Assembly: GCA_002269645.1 (NCBI GenBank)
Contig: NIVC01000284.1
Location: 372,001 to 436,000, forward strand
DNA: 64,000 nt
Source of the DNA: Macrostomum lignano
Lineage: Eukaryota
Direction: 5' to 3'
A model generated the notes under the pieces. It saw nothing but the letters and a program-made list of their open reading frames with translations, had not been told where the DNA came from and did no database searches. Shown here piece after piece: positions 1 to 13,520 of the stretch. The position numbers were made by a program, and so were the translations under genes. How positions within the stretch are numbered: position 1 is the stretch's first letter; the number at the start of each line of letters is the position of its first letter.

Positions 1-250
1 AGACTCAAGGACTGAAGGATCAGTGAAGAGGCAGACTCAATGACTGAAGGATCAGTGAAGAGGCAGACTCAATGACTGAAGGATCAGTGAAGAGGCAGAC
101 TCAATGACTGAAGGATCAGTGAAGAGGCAGACTCAAGGACTGAAGGACCAGTGAAGAGGCAGACTCAAGGACTGAAGGACCAGTGAAGAGGCAGACTCAA
201 GGACTGAAGAATCAGTGAAGAGGCAGACTCAAGGACTGAAGGATCCGTGA
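1..250. repeat. 32-bp tandem minisatellite (AGACTCAAGGACTGAAGGATCAGTGAAGAGGC)n, continuing off the window start
   Basis: About 7-8 direct copies read in the sequence. Confidence 0.9.
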
Positions 251-899
251 GGTGCATACTTAAAGCTACTTAAGAAATCGATAATCAATTGCTTACCCCT
301 TCAGCACTGCTGAGGTCCTCGAGGCCTCTCAGTAGCATTTCACCTGCCGGAAGCTCCTCGGTTTCCTGCTGCAAGTCCTTGGCAACTGCAGATAGCTGAC
401 TGTCGGTGTCTCCGCTCTGATGACTATTGACAAACAGCAGAGGTTGCAGAGGCGGTCGTATCCACGATTGCACAGTAGAAATTACAGGCACTGTAGTTAT
501 TAGAGCGTTGCTGTCAGCAGAAGATTGTGAACTAGTTGTGCAGCGATGGGTTTCCTGCAAAGAAGACGAAAAGATGGGAATTTCTATATATTGTAAAAAT
601 AACCAAAAAGCTCTCGAATTTGATTGGATTCTTGAGAAAGGATGTGGAGCTCCTATTATAAAGATGGACAAAAGTGTTTTGTTTCGAAACTCTCTCTACC
701 TCAACTATTCGAATGACCTGACGCCATAGCAACTAACTGAGGCAATTAGTTCGAGAGGAAGACGGCTTTGTTACAATGAGATGCCTCACTTGAGTCACTA
801 CAGTAGCTGATGAGCTCGTTCAGTTAGGTGAAAGTTCAGTGAGACAGTTTCGATGTACTTTTAATTTGGGGAGCCATTTCTAAGAAAAAGCCACTTTAA

Positions 900-1520
900 A
901 TTTGATAGTGCCATTTTCATCTTGATGGTGCCATTTTTATCTTGATGGTGCCATTTTTATCTTGATGGTGTCATTTTCATCTTGATGGTGTCATTTTCAT
1001 CTTGATGATGCCATTTATTGGATGGTGCCATTTTCATTTGGATAGTGCCATTTTTATTTGGAAAATGCCATTTTCACATTGAAGGTGCCATTTTCATCTT
1101 GATGGTGCCATTTTCATCTTGATGGTGTTATTTTCATCTTGATGATGCCATTTTTTGGATGGTGCCATTTTCATTTGGATGGTGCCATTTTTATTTGGAT
1201 AATGCCATTTTCACATTGAAGGTGCCATTTTCATCTTGAAGGTGCCATTTTCATCTTGAAGGTGCCATTTTTATCTTGATTGTGCCATTTTCATCTTGAT
1301 GGTGTCATTTTCATCTTGATGGTGTCATTTTCATCTTGATGGTGTCATTTTCATCTTGATGATGCCATTTTTTTGGATGGTGCCATTTTCATTTGGATGG
1401 TGCCATTTTTATTTGGATAATGCCATTTTCACATTGAAGGTGCCATTTTCATCTTGATGGTGCCATTTTTTCATTTAAATGGTGCCATTTTTATTTGGAT
1501 GGTGCCATTTTCATCTTGAT
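900..1520. repeat. ~20-bp minisatellite (GATGGTGCCATTTTCATCTT)n
   Basis: Degenerate tandem copies seen directly. Confidence 0.9.
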
Positions 1521-2169
1521 GGTTCCGCTTTCATCTTCTTGGTAAAATCTAACTTTGACTTATTATTTTTACCCAAAAAAGAATACGCATAATTGCTCAC
1601 CTGTAAATTATTGCTAGAAAAGTCACGAAGGCCTTTGCCAGAGCTTTCGGAGCCTGCTGTCAACGGTTCATTGGGTTCGACCACGCCAATGTCACTCGAA
1701 GTTGTTTTAACTTGACATGACATAAAGTCTGACATGACAGCTTGGAAATCCTCCTGCACTTGGGTTTCTGCGGGGAGATGTGTGTGAGTGTGTGTATCTG
1801 TGCTTTAATTTGAATCGAGAACTATGGATATATCGATTAATCACTAAGCAGAGAGATGTACCTCAGCTCTCAACTCTCGTGACTCAACGACTGATCTCGT
1901 TTAGTTGTCATGCAGCCCTGTGCTACTCTATTATATGTATAAGAAATCAATTCTGATCCCGCCTAGGGGGAGTTCATTGCGGTTTTTTGTAATGATGGGC
2001 CAAGCCAAGATTGGGTTCAGAGGATGAACAGAGAAATAGGGGAAGAAATGGGAAGAAAAGGAAAGGTGGAGTCATTGCTAGGTGATAGGTGATAAAGTAT
2101 GGAAGTTCGTAAGGAGTCTAGGGACTGATGGATGTGATGGGTCGGGTTTGACCGTTTGGACCGATAAAG

Positions 2170-2845
2170 TGGCATTCTAGGGTGAGATTCTCATAGATTG
2201 TAGCAGTCTAGTATGAGATTCTCAAAGATTGGAGCATTCTAGGGTGAGATTCTCATAGATTGTAGCAGTCTAGTATGAGATTCTCAAATATTGGAGCAGT
2301 CTAGGGTGAGATTCTCATAGATTGGAGCATTCAAGGGTGAGATTCTCATAGATTGTAGCATTCTAGGGTGAGATTCTCATAGATTGTAGCAGTCTAGTAT
2401 GAGATTCTCAAAGATTGGAGCAGTCTAGGGTGAGATTCTCATAGATTGTAGCAATCTAGTATGAGATTCTCAAAGATTAGAGCAGTCTAGGGTGAGATTC
2501 TCATAGATTGTAGCATTCTAGGGTGAGATTCTCATAGATTGTTGCAGTCTAGTATGAGATTCTCAAAGATTGGAGCAGTCTAGGGTGAGATTCTCATAGA
2601 TTGTAGCATTCTAGGGTGAGATTATCATAGATTGTAGCAGTCTAGGATGAGATTCTCAAAGATTGGAGCAGTCTAGGGTGAGATTATCATAGATTGTAGC
2701 AGTCTAGGGTAAGATTCTCATAGATTGTAGCATTCTGGGGTGAGATTCTCATATATTGGAGCAGTCTAGGGTGAGATTCTCATAGATTGTAGCATTCTGG
2801 GTGAGATTCTCATATATTGGAGCAGTATAGGGTGAGATTCTCATT
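2170..2845. repeat. 31-bp minisatellite (CTAGGGTGAGATTCTCATAGATTGTAGCAGT)n with two alternating variants
   Basis: Tandem units alternate between GGGTGAG...CATAGATTGT and GTATGAG...CAAAGATTGG types. Confidence 0.9.
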
Positions 2846-3319
2846 GCTAATCGTTTTGAGAGCAGAATCTGTCTTTCAGAATCTGTCTGATATTCAGACT
2901 CATTAATTATTGAAATAAAAGCAGGATTTTCACATACACTACAGCTGTGTAATATGAGCAAAGCTAAGCTAATAAGCATCTTCACTTCTTCAACGGAATA
3001 GCATGCACTCCCTCAGGATGACCAAATTCTCAGGTTGCTTCGATTCCTGGGGAGCTCTTTTTTAAAGTCGCTTACAACCCCAAACTCTATCTCGACAACA
3101 AATTTTCTTTTGTTAAAGCTCGGTGCTCAATTAAACTAATACTAAACTATGGATGAACTACAGGTATAAGATAATTAAATGGGATTATTATAAAATTATC
3201 GATTAATCTGATCTAATCACTTTTGCCAGCTTGTGATAGGGAAATAGAGGAATTTTTTCTAAGACAAAAACGAAGAGTACATAATTGAGAAGCTGAATTG
3301 TTATTTTGTACGCCGAGGA

Positions 3320-5600
3320 TGAGATTTTGATGCGATGAAATGGGACTTGACGCACTGAGACGAGATTTGAGGCACTGAGGTGGGATTTTGAGGCACTGAG
3401 ATGGGATTTGAAGCACTGAGATGGGATTTGAGGCACTGAGATGGGATTTGAAGCACTGAGATGGGATTTGAAGCACTGAGGTGGGATTTTGAGGCTCTGA
3501 GACGAGATTTGAGGCACTGAGGTGGGATTTTGAGGCACTGAGACGAGATTTGAGGCACTGAGGTGGGATTTTGAGGCACTGAGATGGGATTTGAAGCACT
3601 GAGATGGGATTTGAGGCACTGAGGTGGGATTTTGAGGCACTGAGATGGGATTTGAGGCACTGAGGTGGGATTTTGAGGCACTGAGATGGGATTTTGAGGC
3701 TCTGAGACGAGATTTGAGGCACTGAGGTGGGATTTTGAGGCACTGAGGTGGGAGTTTGAGGCACAGAGATGGGATTTGAGGCACTGAGATGGGATTTGAG
3801 GCACTGAGATGGGATTTAAGGCACTGAGATGGGATTTGAGGCACTGAGATGGGATTTTGAGGCACTGAGATGGGATTTTGAGGCTCTGAGACGAGATTTG
3901 AGGCACTGAGATGGAATTTGAGGCACTGAGATGGAATTTGAGGCACTGAGATGGGATTTGAGGCACTGAGATGGGATTTAAGGCACTGAGATGGGATTTG
4001 AGGCACTGAGATGGGATTTGAGGCACTGAGGTGGGATTTGAGGCACTGAGACGAGATTTTAAAACACTGAGATGGAATTTGAGGCACTGAGATGGGATTT
4101 GAGGCACTGAGATGGGATTTGAGGCACTGAGGTGGGATTTGAGGCACTGAGGTGGGATTTTGAGGCTCTGAGACGAGATTTGAGGCACTGAGGTTGGATT
4201 TTGAGGCACTGAGACGAGATTTGAGGCACTGAGGTGGGATTTTGAGGCACTGAGATGGGATTTGAGGCACTGAGGTGGGATTTGAGGCACTGAGGTGGGA
4301 TTTTGAGGCTCTGAGACGAGATTTTAAGGCACTGAGATGGGATTTAAGGCACTGAGATGGGATTTGAGGCACTGAGATGGGATTTGAGGCACTGAGATGG
4401 GATTTGAAGCACTGAGATGGGATTTGAGGCACTGAGATGGGATTTTGAGGCACTGAGATGGGATTTGAGGCACTGAGATGGAATTTGAGGCAGTGAGGTT
4501 GGATTTTGAGGCTCTGAGACGAGATTTGAGGCACTGAAGTGGGATTTTGAGGCACTGAGGTGGGATTTGAGGCACTGAGATGGGATTTAAGGCACTGAGA
4601 TGGGATTTGAGGCACTGAGATGGGATTTTGAGGCACTGGGATGGGATTTTGAGGCTCTGAGACGAGATTTGAGGCACTGAGATGGGATTTGAGGCACTGA
4701 GATGGGATTTTGAGGCACTGAGATGGGATTTTGCGGCTCTGAGACGAGATTTTAAGGCACTGAGATGGAATTTGAGGCACTGAGATGGGATTTGAGGCAC
4801 TGAGATGGGATTTGAGGCACTGAGATGGGATTTGAGGCACTGAGATGGGATTTTGAGGCACTGAGATGGGATTTTGCGGCTCTGAGACGAGATTTTAAGG
4901 CACTGAGATGGAATTTGAGGCACTGAGATGGGATTTGAGGCACTGAGATGGGATTTGAGGCACTGAGATGGGATTTGAGGCACTGAGGTGGGATTTGAAG
5001 CACTGAGATGGGATTTTGAGGTACTGAGATGAGATTTGAGGCACTGAGGTGGGATTTTGAGGCACTGAGGTGGGATTTGAGGCACTGAGGTGGGATTTGA
5101 GGCACTGAGGTGGGATTTTGAGGCTCTGAGACGAGATTTTAAGGCACTGAGGTGGAATTTTGAGGCAATAAGACGAGATTTGAGGCACTGAGATGGGATT
5201 TGAAGCACTGAGATGGGATTTGAGGCACTGAGATGGGATTTGAAGCACTGAGATGGGATTTCAGGCACTTAGATGGGATTTTGAGGCACTGAGACGAGAT
5301 TTTAAGGCACTGAGATGGGATTTGAGGCACTGAGGTGGGATTTGAGGCACTGAGGTGGGATTTTGAGGCTCTGAGACGAGATTTGAGGCACTGAGGTGGG
5401 AGTTTGAGGCACTGAGATGGGATTTGAAGCACTGAGATGGGATTTGAGGCACTGAGGTGGGATTTGAAGCACTGAGATGGGATTTTGAAGCACTGAGATG
5501 GGATTTGAAGCACTGAGGTGGGATTTTGAGGCACTGAGATGGGATTTGCGGCATTGAGGTGGGATTCGAGGCACTGAGATTGGATTTGAGGCACTGGGAT
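3320..5600. repeat. 20/21-bp satellite (GAGGCACTGAGATGGGATTT[T])n
   Basis: About 2.3 kb of tandem copies. It explains all the overlapping PQIPSQCLKSHLSAS-type ORFs. Confidence 0.95.
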
Positions 5601-5674
5601 TGAATTGTGAGTACTTATAATTGATTTGACACATTGGGATGAAATTTAAGGCACCGAGATGGGATTCAAGACAT

Positions 5675-6205
5675 TGAGAATCAATGGCACCAATATCAGA
5701 ACAAGATGGCGCCAATATCAGAATCAGATGGCGTCAATATCAGAACCAGATAGCGCCAATATCAGAATCAAATGGCGCCAATATCAGAATCAAATGGCAC
5801 CAATATCAGAATCGAATGGCACCAATATCAGAATCAAATGGCGCCAATATCAGAACCAGATGGCGCCAATATCAGAATCAAATGGCGCCAATATCAGAAC
5901 CAGATGGCGCCAATATCAGAATCAAATGGTGCCAATATCAGAACCAAATGGCACCAATATCAGAATCAAATGGCACCAATATCAGAATCGAATGGCACCA
6001 ATATCAGAATCAAATGGCGCCAATATCAGAACCAGATGGCGCCAATATCAGAATCAAATGGCACCAATATCAGAGTCAGATGGCGCCAACCAATATCAGA
6101 ACCAGATGGCGCCAATATCAGAATCAGATGGCGCCAATATCAGAATCAGATGGCGCCAATATCAGAATCAGATGGCGCCAATATCAGAATCAGATGGCGC
6201 CAATG
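5675..6205. repeat. 22-bp minisatellite (ATGGCGCCAATATCAGAATCAA)n
   Basis: Tandem copies. The ORFs in three frames repeat every 22 aa, which is 3 units. Confidence 0.93.
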
Positions 6206-6689
6206 GCTTTGCTTACCTTTTACCTCTTTCAGAGCCAAATTGAAATCTCCTGAAGCGATAAATTGGTGCATAAATGTCAAATCATTTCTTCAACTCGCGA
6301 ATTCAGTTCCAAGAAACCGTCTGTAACCCAGTCTGTGCACAAAGCTTCATAATCCTAGTTAATGAGTTTTTATTCTGTAAGCAAACCTGCCGTCTCATTG
6401 GCTGAGGCGATCTGTCCCTGATGTCTGGTGGAACGAAATTCAGAGAGAATAGAAATTTCTGCGAAAGGGGAAGACTGGGGGGTCAGTCCGTCAGTGGCTG
6501 CAATTCATATAAATTTATTGACCATGGATGTCTAATATGACAAATCTGGATTGGGAAAGTCCCTCTGGGAATGAGACTGATGACATGGCTACATGTACCA
6601 GCGATTCGTCCTGCAATTTCTATAAATGATATGATTGTTTTGAATATAGACATTAATGGTAATTCAACTATCCATTTTAGCGCCATTGT

Positions 6690-7215
6690 AGTGTCATATT
6701 TTGGCGCTATTTAGCTTCATATTTTGGCGCTATTTAGCTTCATATTTTGGCGCTATTTAACTTTATGATTTGGCGCGATTAAGCTTTTAGGCTTTAAGCG
6801 CCATTTAGATCTATTTTTGGCGTTATTTAAATCTTATAGCGCCTTTCAGATCTCTTTTTAGCGCCACTTTGATCTCCATTTTAGCGCTGTTTAGATCTCT
6901 TTTTTAGCGCCATTTAGATCTATACTTTAGCGCTATTTAGATCTATATTTTAGCGCCATTTAGATCTATATTTTAGCGCCATTTAGATCTATATTTTAGC
7001 GCCATTTAGATCTGTATTTTAGCGCCATTTAGATCTCTATTTTAGCGCCATTTAGATCTCTATTTTAGCGCTATTTAGATCTCTATTCAAGCGCCATTTA
7101 GATCTATATTTTAGCACTATTTAGATCTCTATTTTAGCGCCATTTAGATTTCTATTTTAGCGCTATTTAGATCTCTATTTTAGCGCCATTTACTTTTATA
7201 TTTAAGCGCTAAATT
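6690..7215. repeat. ~23-bp minisatellite (TTTTAGCGCCATTTAGATCTATA)n
   Basis: Tandem copies seen directly. Confidence 0.9.
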
Positions 7216-7635
7216 ATGTCTTCATCCGGATCAATTTAGTGCCAATTAATTTTCTCATTTTCGCGGCTATTCAACACAATGTCAGACTGATTTCAACAAT
7301 TCGAATACAAAAATAACGCCAGACTCCAATACTGCATCCCTTTCCATGCGATCCAATGCGCCTTACTGAGCGCTTATTGAAGCCAGCTGAAATTAAATTT
7401 GAAGAAACCCCCCCCTAGCCTCACGTACGCTTGCGAACAATAGCAGAGACTCAGAGAGAGAGGGGAGCGGGTATAGGGGAGAAGTTGGACCATATTATGA
7501 TTATTACTATTTTCCCACTGCGCGAAAAAGTTTTACGAAGGATATAAACTTCATGGGGCATGAGGGTCTGCATCTAGCTTAGCAATTGATACTTTGTGCA
7601 TAGCTGGGGGCTGAAGTACTGACGGAATGGGCTTT

Positions 7636-7870
7636 ATTCCCACTGCAGGGCTGAGGTTGGCTGCGGGAGGTGGGGTCGCCTGGCCACCCTGCGCCCTGAC
7701 TCCTCATGACACTTGACTTGCCCGCCTGCTCACTGCTGCGGCCTGCCATGGGAAACACTGAATTGCTAGGCAGTTGGCTTTGGAAGAGTTGGATAGGGGA
7801 GAGACAAAATACAACTGCTATATCGGACTGGTCAGTCGGGACAGGAGTGCAGTGAGGATAGATCTAGTAG
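7636..7870. mobile_element. Dispersed repeat, with a second copy at about 48358-48590
   Basis: Shared collinear blocks ATTCCCACTGCA..GGCTGCGGGAG, ACCCTGCGCCCT, ACTTGACTTGCCC, GAGACAAAATACAACTG and AGGAGTGCAGTGAG. Family not identified. Confidence 0.5.
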
Positions 7871-7896
7871 TTGTGACAGAATATGCATGAATGCGT

Positions 7897-8360
<464 letters not shown>

Positions 8361-8618
8361 GATAGCGAGAAAGAGAGAGCGAAGCGAGCTCTTTCGAGCT
8401 TGCTTGCCGCAGCCAATCAAGCTGAAAGCACGCACACACGATCACAGGAAACGATTAAGGCAGCTGGAAAGCCAATGGGCGCGGTAAGCGCTTTTATCCA
8501 GAGGAACTACCTGCTGGAACCAGCCATGCCGAACGAAAATCAGACTACTCAAGTAGTGCAAAAGAGTACGTGCAACTACCGAGAAATCTAATTTTCGTAA
8601 CCGCTCCGGTGCAGGTCC

Positions 8619-8966
<348 letters not shown>

Positions 8967-9029
8967 TTTTCATTTCATAAAAATGAATATTGAAATTCCT
9001 GATGTTCGCCTGAAGCAGGTGCTGAGCAA

Positions 9030-9430
9030 CGGTAACGGTGACTTCTAGTGGTCCTTGGGCGCACTGCTGAAAAAGTGGGCGATCGCTGGGTCTGTGGTCT
9101 TCGACCACGTACTCTGGGTCATCTACTTGCGGAAAACAGCTGGAGAATAGTAGATTTAGCGAGTCTTCGGCGCTGGCAGTGTAGTTACCATCCGGATGCA
9201 GAACCGAGAGAGCGTGTCGTGCCTGAGGGACCTGACCAGCCTAGTCGTGGGGTGCTGCCCCTCAAGGTTGGTGCAGTAGGCCTTCCAGATGGTCTTCTTA
9301 GCCCTTCGGATGCTACTTTTGTACGCCCAGTTCTCCGAGTCCTCTAGGGCGTTCGAGCCGTTCGCAAGGCGTTACAGCCGGCGGGTGTTTTTCTTCATGC
9401 GAATGAGCTCATAACTGCACCATGAGAAAG
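9030..9430 (-). mobile_element. Decayed non-LTR retrotransposon (LINE) ORF2 fragment, endonuclease-to-RT linker region
   Basis: My minus-strand translation gives SWCSYELIRMKKNTRRL* ... [23 protein letters not shown] ... [12 protein letters not shown]. This resembles the WW-x2-EL...RR, YK-x2-IR-x-AK-x3-W-x2-FC and LL-x2-HFP motifs of R1/Jockey/I-group LINEs. It contains an in-frame stop. Confidence 0.6.
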
Positions 9431-10395
9431 AGCATTTTTTTCCTATAATTCAATTTCAGGGGCGTTAGCGCGTATGGCGGTGTTCTCGATCGATCAGGAT
9501 CTCAACGAGGGAATTGCATCGCGCTGCTCGATGTTAGCGAGGTTCTCGCCAGAGTCAGGTAGATTGGCTTCGGTTAAGCACGTCTCTTCAGGTTGAGGCG
9601 ACAGGGTTGCATCGGAGCGGATGGGAATATTATCCCTAACCAGTCAGTTGCGAACCGGGTTCAATAACCTCAGTTTTTTTCTCTAGCATTCTTACAATGC
9701 ATTTCAAGTCGAAAAGTCTGCTTGACGCTTGCAAAAAACATGTTTTTAGGAAATGTTATATATTTAACTAATTATACAACTTACTCTACTTGAAGTAGTT
9801 TTGAGCCAATAGACTCTTTAGAAAGGCTTTATATGTGAGGCGTAAATTTGTTCTGAAAGAATAATGATAACTATTATTCGGAGATGGCTCTAAACAGTGA
9901 CATAACAGTTCTTTTTTACCACCTTTCACACTAACCTAGCAATTCTTGCCTAAAACCTTTTTCTGTTTTGAAAAAAATATGACTATACTTTCTGGTCTAC
10001 CATTTTAACAAAATCTAAGAAGAAAAAAACAAAAAATAGCTAAACTTAACAAAACAATTCTACAAATCATTTTAACAAAACCCAGCCTCAAATTAAGTAC
10101 ATCGTAGTTTTACTTACTAATTAGCCTTAAAATGTGACTAAATTTTAGTAGTATCTGTCACATGTATATCTCATACATATTTTCGGTAAAACTTGTCGAA
10201 AACCAGTGCTGTCCGTATGAATTTGAAGTTAAGTAAAGCTGGAAAACTTTACGGGTAGTTTTCATTGTGTGTGCCGACTAAAACAGCCCCTACTGATGTG
10301 CCATCGGGCTTCATGAAAGTATGTTATTGTCATAACTGATTCATAATGCACGGAACACGGCCAATAACACTCTAACAGTTAATCCTGTAAAAACC

Positions 10396-10751
10396 TCATT
10401 TAACGATTTCGCTCCAGCCCCAACCTTCCCAAAAACGATCCCACGTTATCTGCCGCTTTCTCCGTCCCTTAGTGCGCCGTTTGGTGGTTGAGCTCGGCAT
10501 AAGAGGTTCCTCCGTTGAGTCGTCGCCAGTTCTGTTCAACGGATCTTCAACGTCGTCATCATCTGCAAGTGGAAATCAGCGATTTCAAGTGGAAATCTCT
10601 CTTTATAGAGAGCACTCTAAGATCTATCAGATCGGCATATTAACGCACGTGATTGCAAACCTACCGATCTCAGATTCGGCTTGTAAATGGCAGTTGAACA
10701 AAGGAGCAGCGCGAGAAGCCCAAGCTGCATCAGCGAGCTTCGGTTTGACAT
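10396..10751 (-). pseudogene. Secreted prepropeptide gene, paralog 1, with a 1-nt frameshift (pseudogene or sequencing error)
   Basis: Coding exons are 10751-10665 and 10562-10396, with a GT-AG intron at 10664-10563 and an upstream UTR intron conserved with the 52.5-53 kb copy. Exon 1 is 87 nt versus 88 nt in the intact copy (ATT-TACAA vs ATTGTACAA). Restoring one base gives MSNRSSLMQLGLLALLLCSTAIxQA-ESEIDDDDVEDPLNRTGDDSTEEPLMPSSTTKRRTKGRRKR-QITWDRFWEGWGWSEIVK*. Confidence 0.75.
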
Positions 10752-11494
10752 CACAAGGCGGTAGTTCGATGCAAGTTCGCACAAAGTTTTGTACCTGTGT
10801 TGTGAGGAGATAAAGTGACAAGGATTTATATGTACATGCCGATGGTGCGATATCGGTAAAATAATGTCCTGAAATGAGCAGTTTCAAAGGTACCTGGTTC
10901 TTCAAAAGCAAACGCTCACTCAACTTCTCAAGACACGTATAATAGGCTTAATTCGCCTCAAGAAACTTAAAGTTATAAACAAATATAATGCTTGCTAGTT
11001 ATTCAGAGGCAAAAAATTTCTTGCAAAATTCCTCAAAATTCAATACACGAGCGTACTATTTTTCGAAGAATGAGACATTTCTTTCTGGGAAGTCTTCAAA
11101 TTTAAAGATTTATTTTAAAAGTTTTTAAATTAATCTTTCCTTAAAAATGCTCAGCGCATTCACAAACGCTTCAATTAGCATTTTGATAAAAAGAAAACGA
11201 ATTCTGTTTTACTCTTTTGGTTGAAAACTAAATAATATAGAAAAAAATTCGATTCCATAGGTTTTTCAATTAAAACAAAGTCCAAGTATTATATTTTTCC
11301 TTTTCTGCAAAATACGAGTATCAGTCGTGACGCAATTCAAAACGTAGTTTTGTTTTTACAAACAATTGGTGCTCATAAATACTTAAATAAGTTTTAAATT
11401 ATAATTACCTGCATGCACCCATGACAGACATCCTCTGAAACTCCTGTACACATGATGCTTCTTTCGTGTCCAATTTACAAGTGACTCATGGTCT

Positions 11495-13520
11495 GTGATC
11501 AGTGAGGGGCACAAGTGACTCATGGTTGGTGATCGGTGAGGTGCACAAGTGACTCATGGTTGGTGATCGGTGAGGTGCACAAGTGACTCATGGTTGGTGA
11601 TCGGTGAGGTGCACAAGTGACTCATGGTTGGTGATCGGTGAGGTGCACAAGTGACTCATGGTTGGTGATCGGTGAGGTGCACAAGTGACTCATGGTTGGT
11701 GATCGGTGAGGTGCACAAGTGACTCATGGTTGGTGATCGGTGAGGTGCACAAGTGACTCATGGTTGGTGATCGGTGAGGTGCACAAGTGACTCATGGTTG
11801 GTGATCGGTGAGGTGCACAAGTGAATAAAGGTTGGTGATCGGTGAGGTGCACAAGTGACTCATGGCTGGTGATCAGTGAGGTGCACAAGTGACGCATGGT
11901 TGGTGATCGGTGAGGTGCACAAGTGACTCATGGTTGGTGATCAGTGAGGTGCACAAGTGACTCATGGTTGGTGATCGGTGAGGTGCACAAGTGAATAAAG
12001 GTTGGTGATCGGTGAGAGGCACAAGTGACTCATGGTTGGTGATCGGTGAGGTGCACAAGTGACTCATGGTTGGTGATCGGTGAGGTGCACAAGTGAATAA
12101 AGGTTGGTGATCGGTGAGGTGCACAAGTGACTCATGGCTGGTGATCGGTGAGGGGCACAAGTGACTCATGGTTGGTGATCGGTGAGAGGCACAAGTGACT
12201 CATGGTTGGTGATCGGTGAGAGGCACAAGTGACTCATGGTTGGTGATCGGTGAGAGCAGAGGCACAAGTGACTCATGGTTGGTGATCGGTGAGAGCAGAG
12301 GCACAAGTGACTCATGGCTGGTGATCGGTGAGGGGCACAAGTGAATAAAGGTTGGTGATCGGTGAGGTGCACAAGTGACTCATGGCTGGTGATCGGTGAG
12401 GTGCACAAGTGACTCATGGCTGGTGATCGGTGAGGTGCACAAGTGACTCATGGCTGGTGATCGGTGAGAGGCACAAGTGACTCATGGTTGGTGATCGGTG
12501 AGGTGCACAAGTGACTCATGGTTAGTGATCGGTGAGGTGCACAAGTGACTCATGGTTGGTGATCGGTGAGAGCAGAGGCACAAGTGACTCATGGCTGGTG
12601 ATCGGTGAGGGGCACAAGTGACTCATGGTTGGTGATCAGTGAGGGGCACAAGTGAATAAAGGTTGGTGATCGGTGAGGGGCACAAGTGACTCATGGTTGG
12701 TGATCGGTGAGGTGCACAAGTGACTCATGGCTGGTGATCGGTGAGGTGCACAAGTGACTCATGGTTGGTGATCGGTGAGGTGCACAAGTGACTCATGGTT
12801 GGTGATCGGTGAGGTGCACAAGTGACTCATGGCTGGTGATCGGTGAGGTGCACAAGTGACTCATGGTTAGTGATCGGTGAGGTGCACAAGTGACTCATGG
12901 TTGGTGATCGGTGAGAGCAGAGGCACAAGTGACTCATGGCTGGTGATCGGTGAGGGGCACAAGTGACTCATGGTTGGTGATCAGTGAGGGGCACAAGTGA
13001 ATAAAGGTTGGTGATCGGTGAGGGGCACAAGTGACTCATGGTTGGTGATCGGTGAGGTGCACAAGTGACTCATGGCTGGTGATCGGTGAGGTGCACAAGT
13101 GACTCATGGTTGGTGATCGGTGAGGTGCACAAGTGACTCATGGTTGGTGATCGGTGAGGGGCACAAGTGACTCATGGTTGGTGATCGGTGAGAGGCACAA
13201 GTGACTCATGGCTGGTGATCGGTGAGGTGCACAAGTGACTCATGGTTAGTGATCGGTGAGGTGCACAAGTGACTCATGGTTGGTGATCGGTGAGAGCAGA
13301 GGCACAAGTGACTCATGGCTGGTGATCGGTGAGGGGCACAAGTGACTCATGGTTGGTGATCAGTGAGGGGCACAAGTGAATAAAGGTTGGTGATCGGTGA
13401 GGGGCACAAGTGACTCATGGTTGGTGATCGGTGAGGTGCACAAGTGACTCATGGCTGGTGATCGGTGAGGTGCACAAGTGACTCATGGTTGGTGATCGGT
13501 GAGAGCAGAGGCACAAGTGA
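11495..13520. repeat. 34-bp satellite (GTGCACAAGTGACTCATGGTTGGTGATCGGTGAG)n, about 59 units
   Basis: The period is 34 (GTGCAC at 11541 and 11575). Most units contain TGACTCA. The same family occurs at 53742-54450. Confidence 0.95.

Noticed and set aside
3203-6326. Long overlapping ORFs (up to 552 aa) on both strands
   Set aside because: They are translations of 20-22-bp satellites that lack stops in some frames. There is no unique coding context.
11495-13520. CRISPR-like appearance of 34-bp repeats
   Set aside because: The units are head-to-tail with no unique spacers, there are no cas genes, and the context is eukaryotic.
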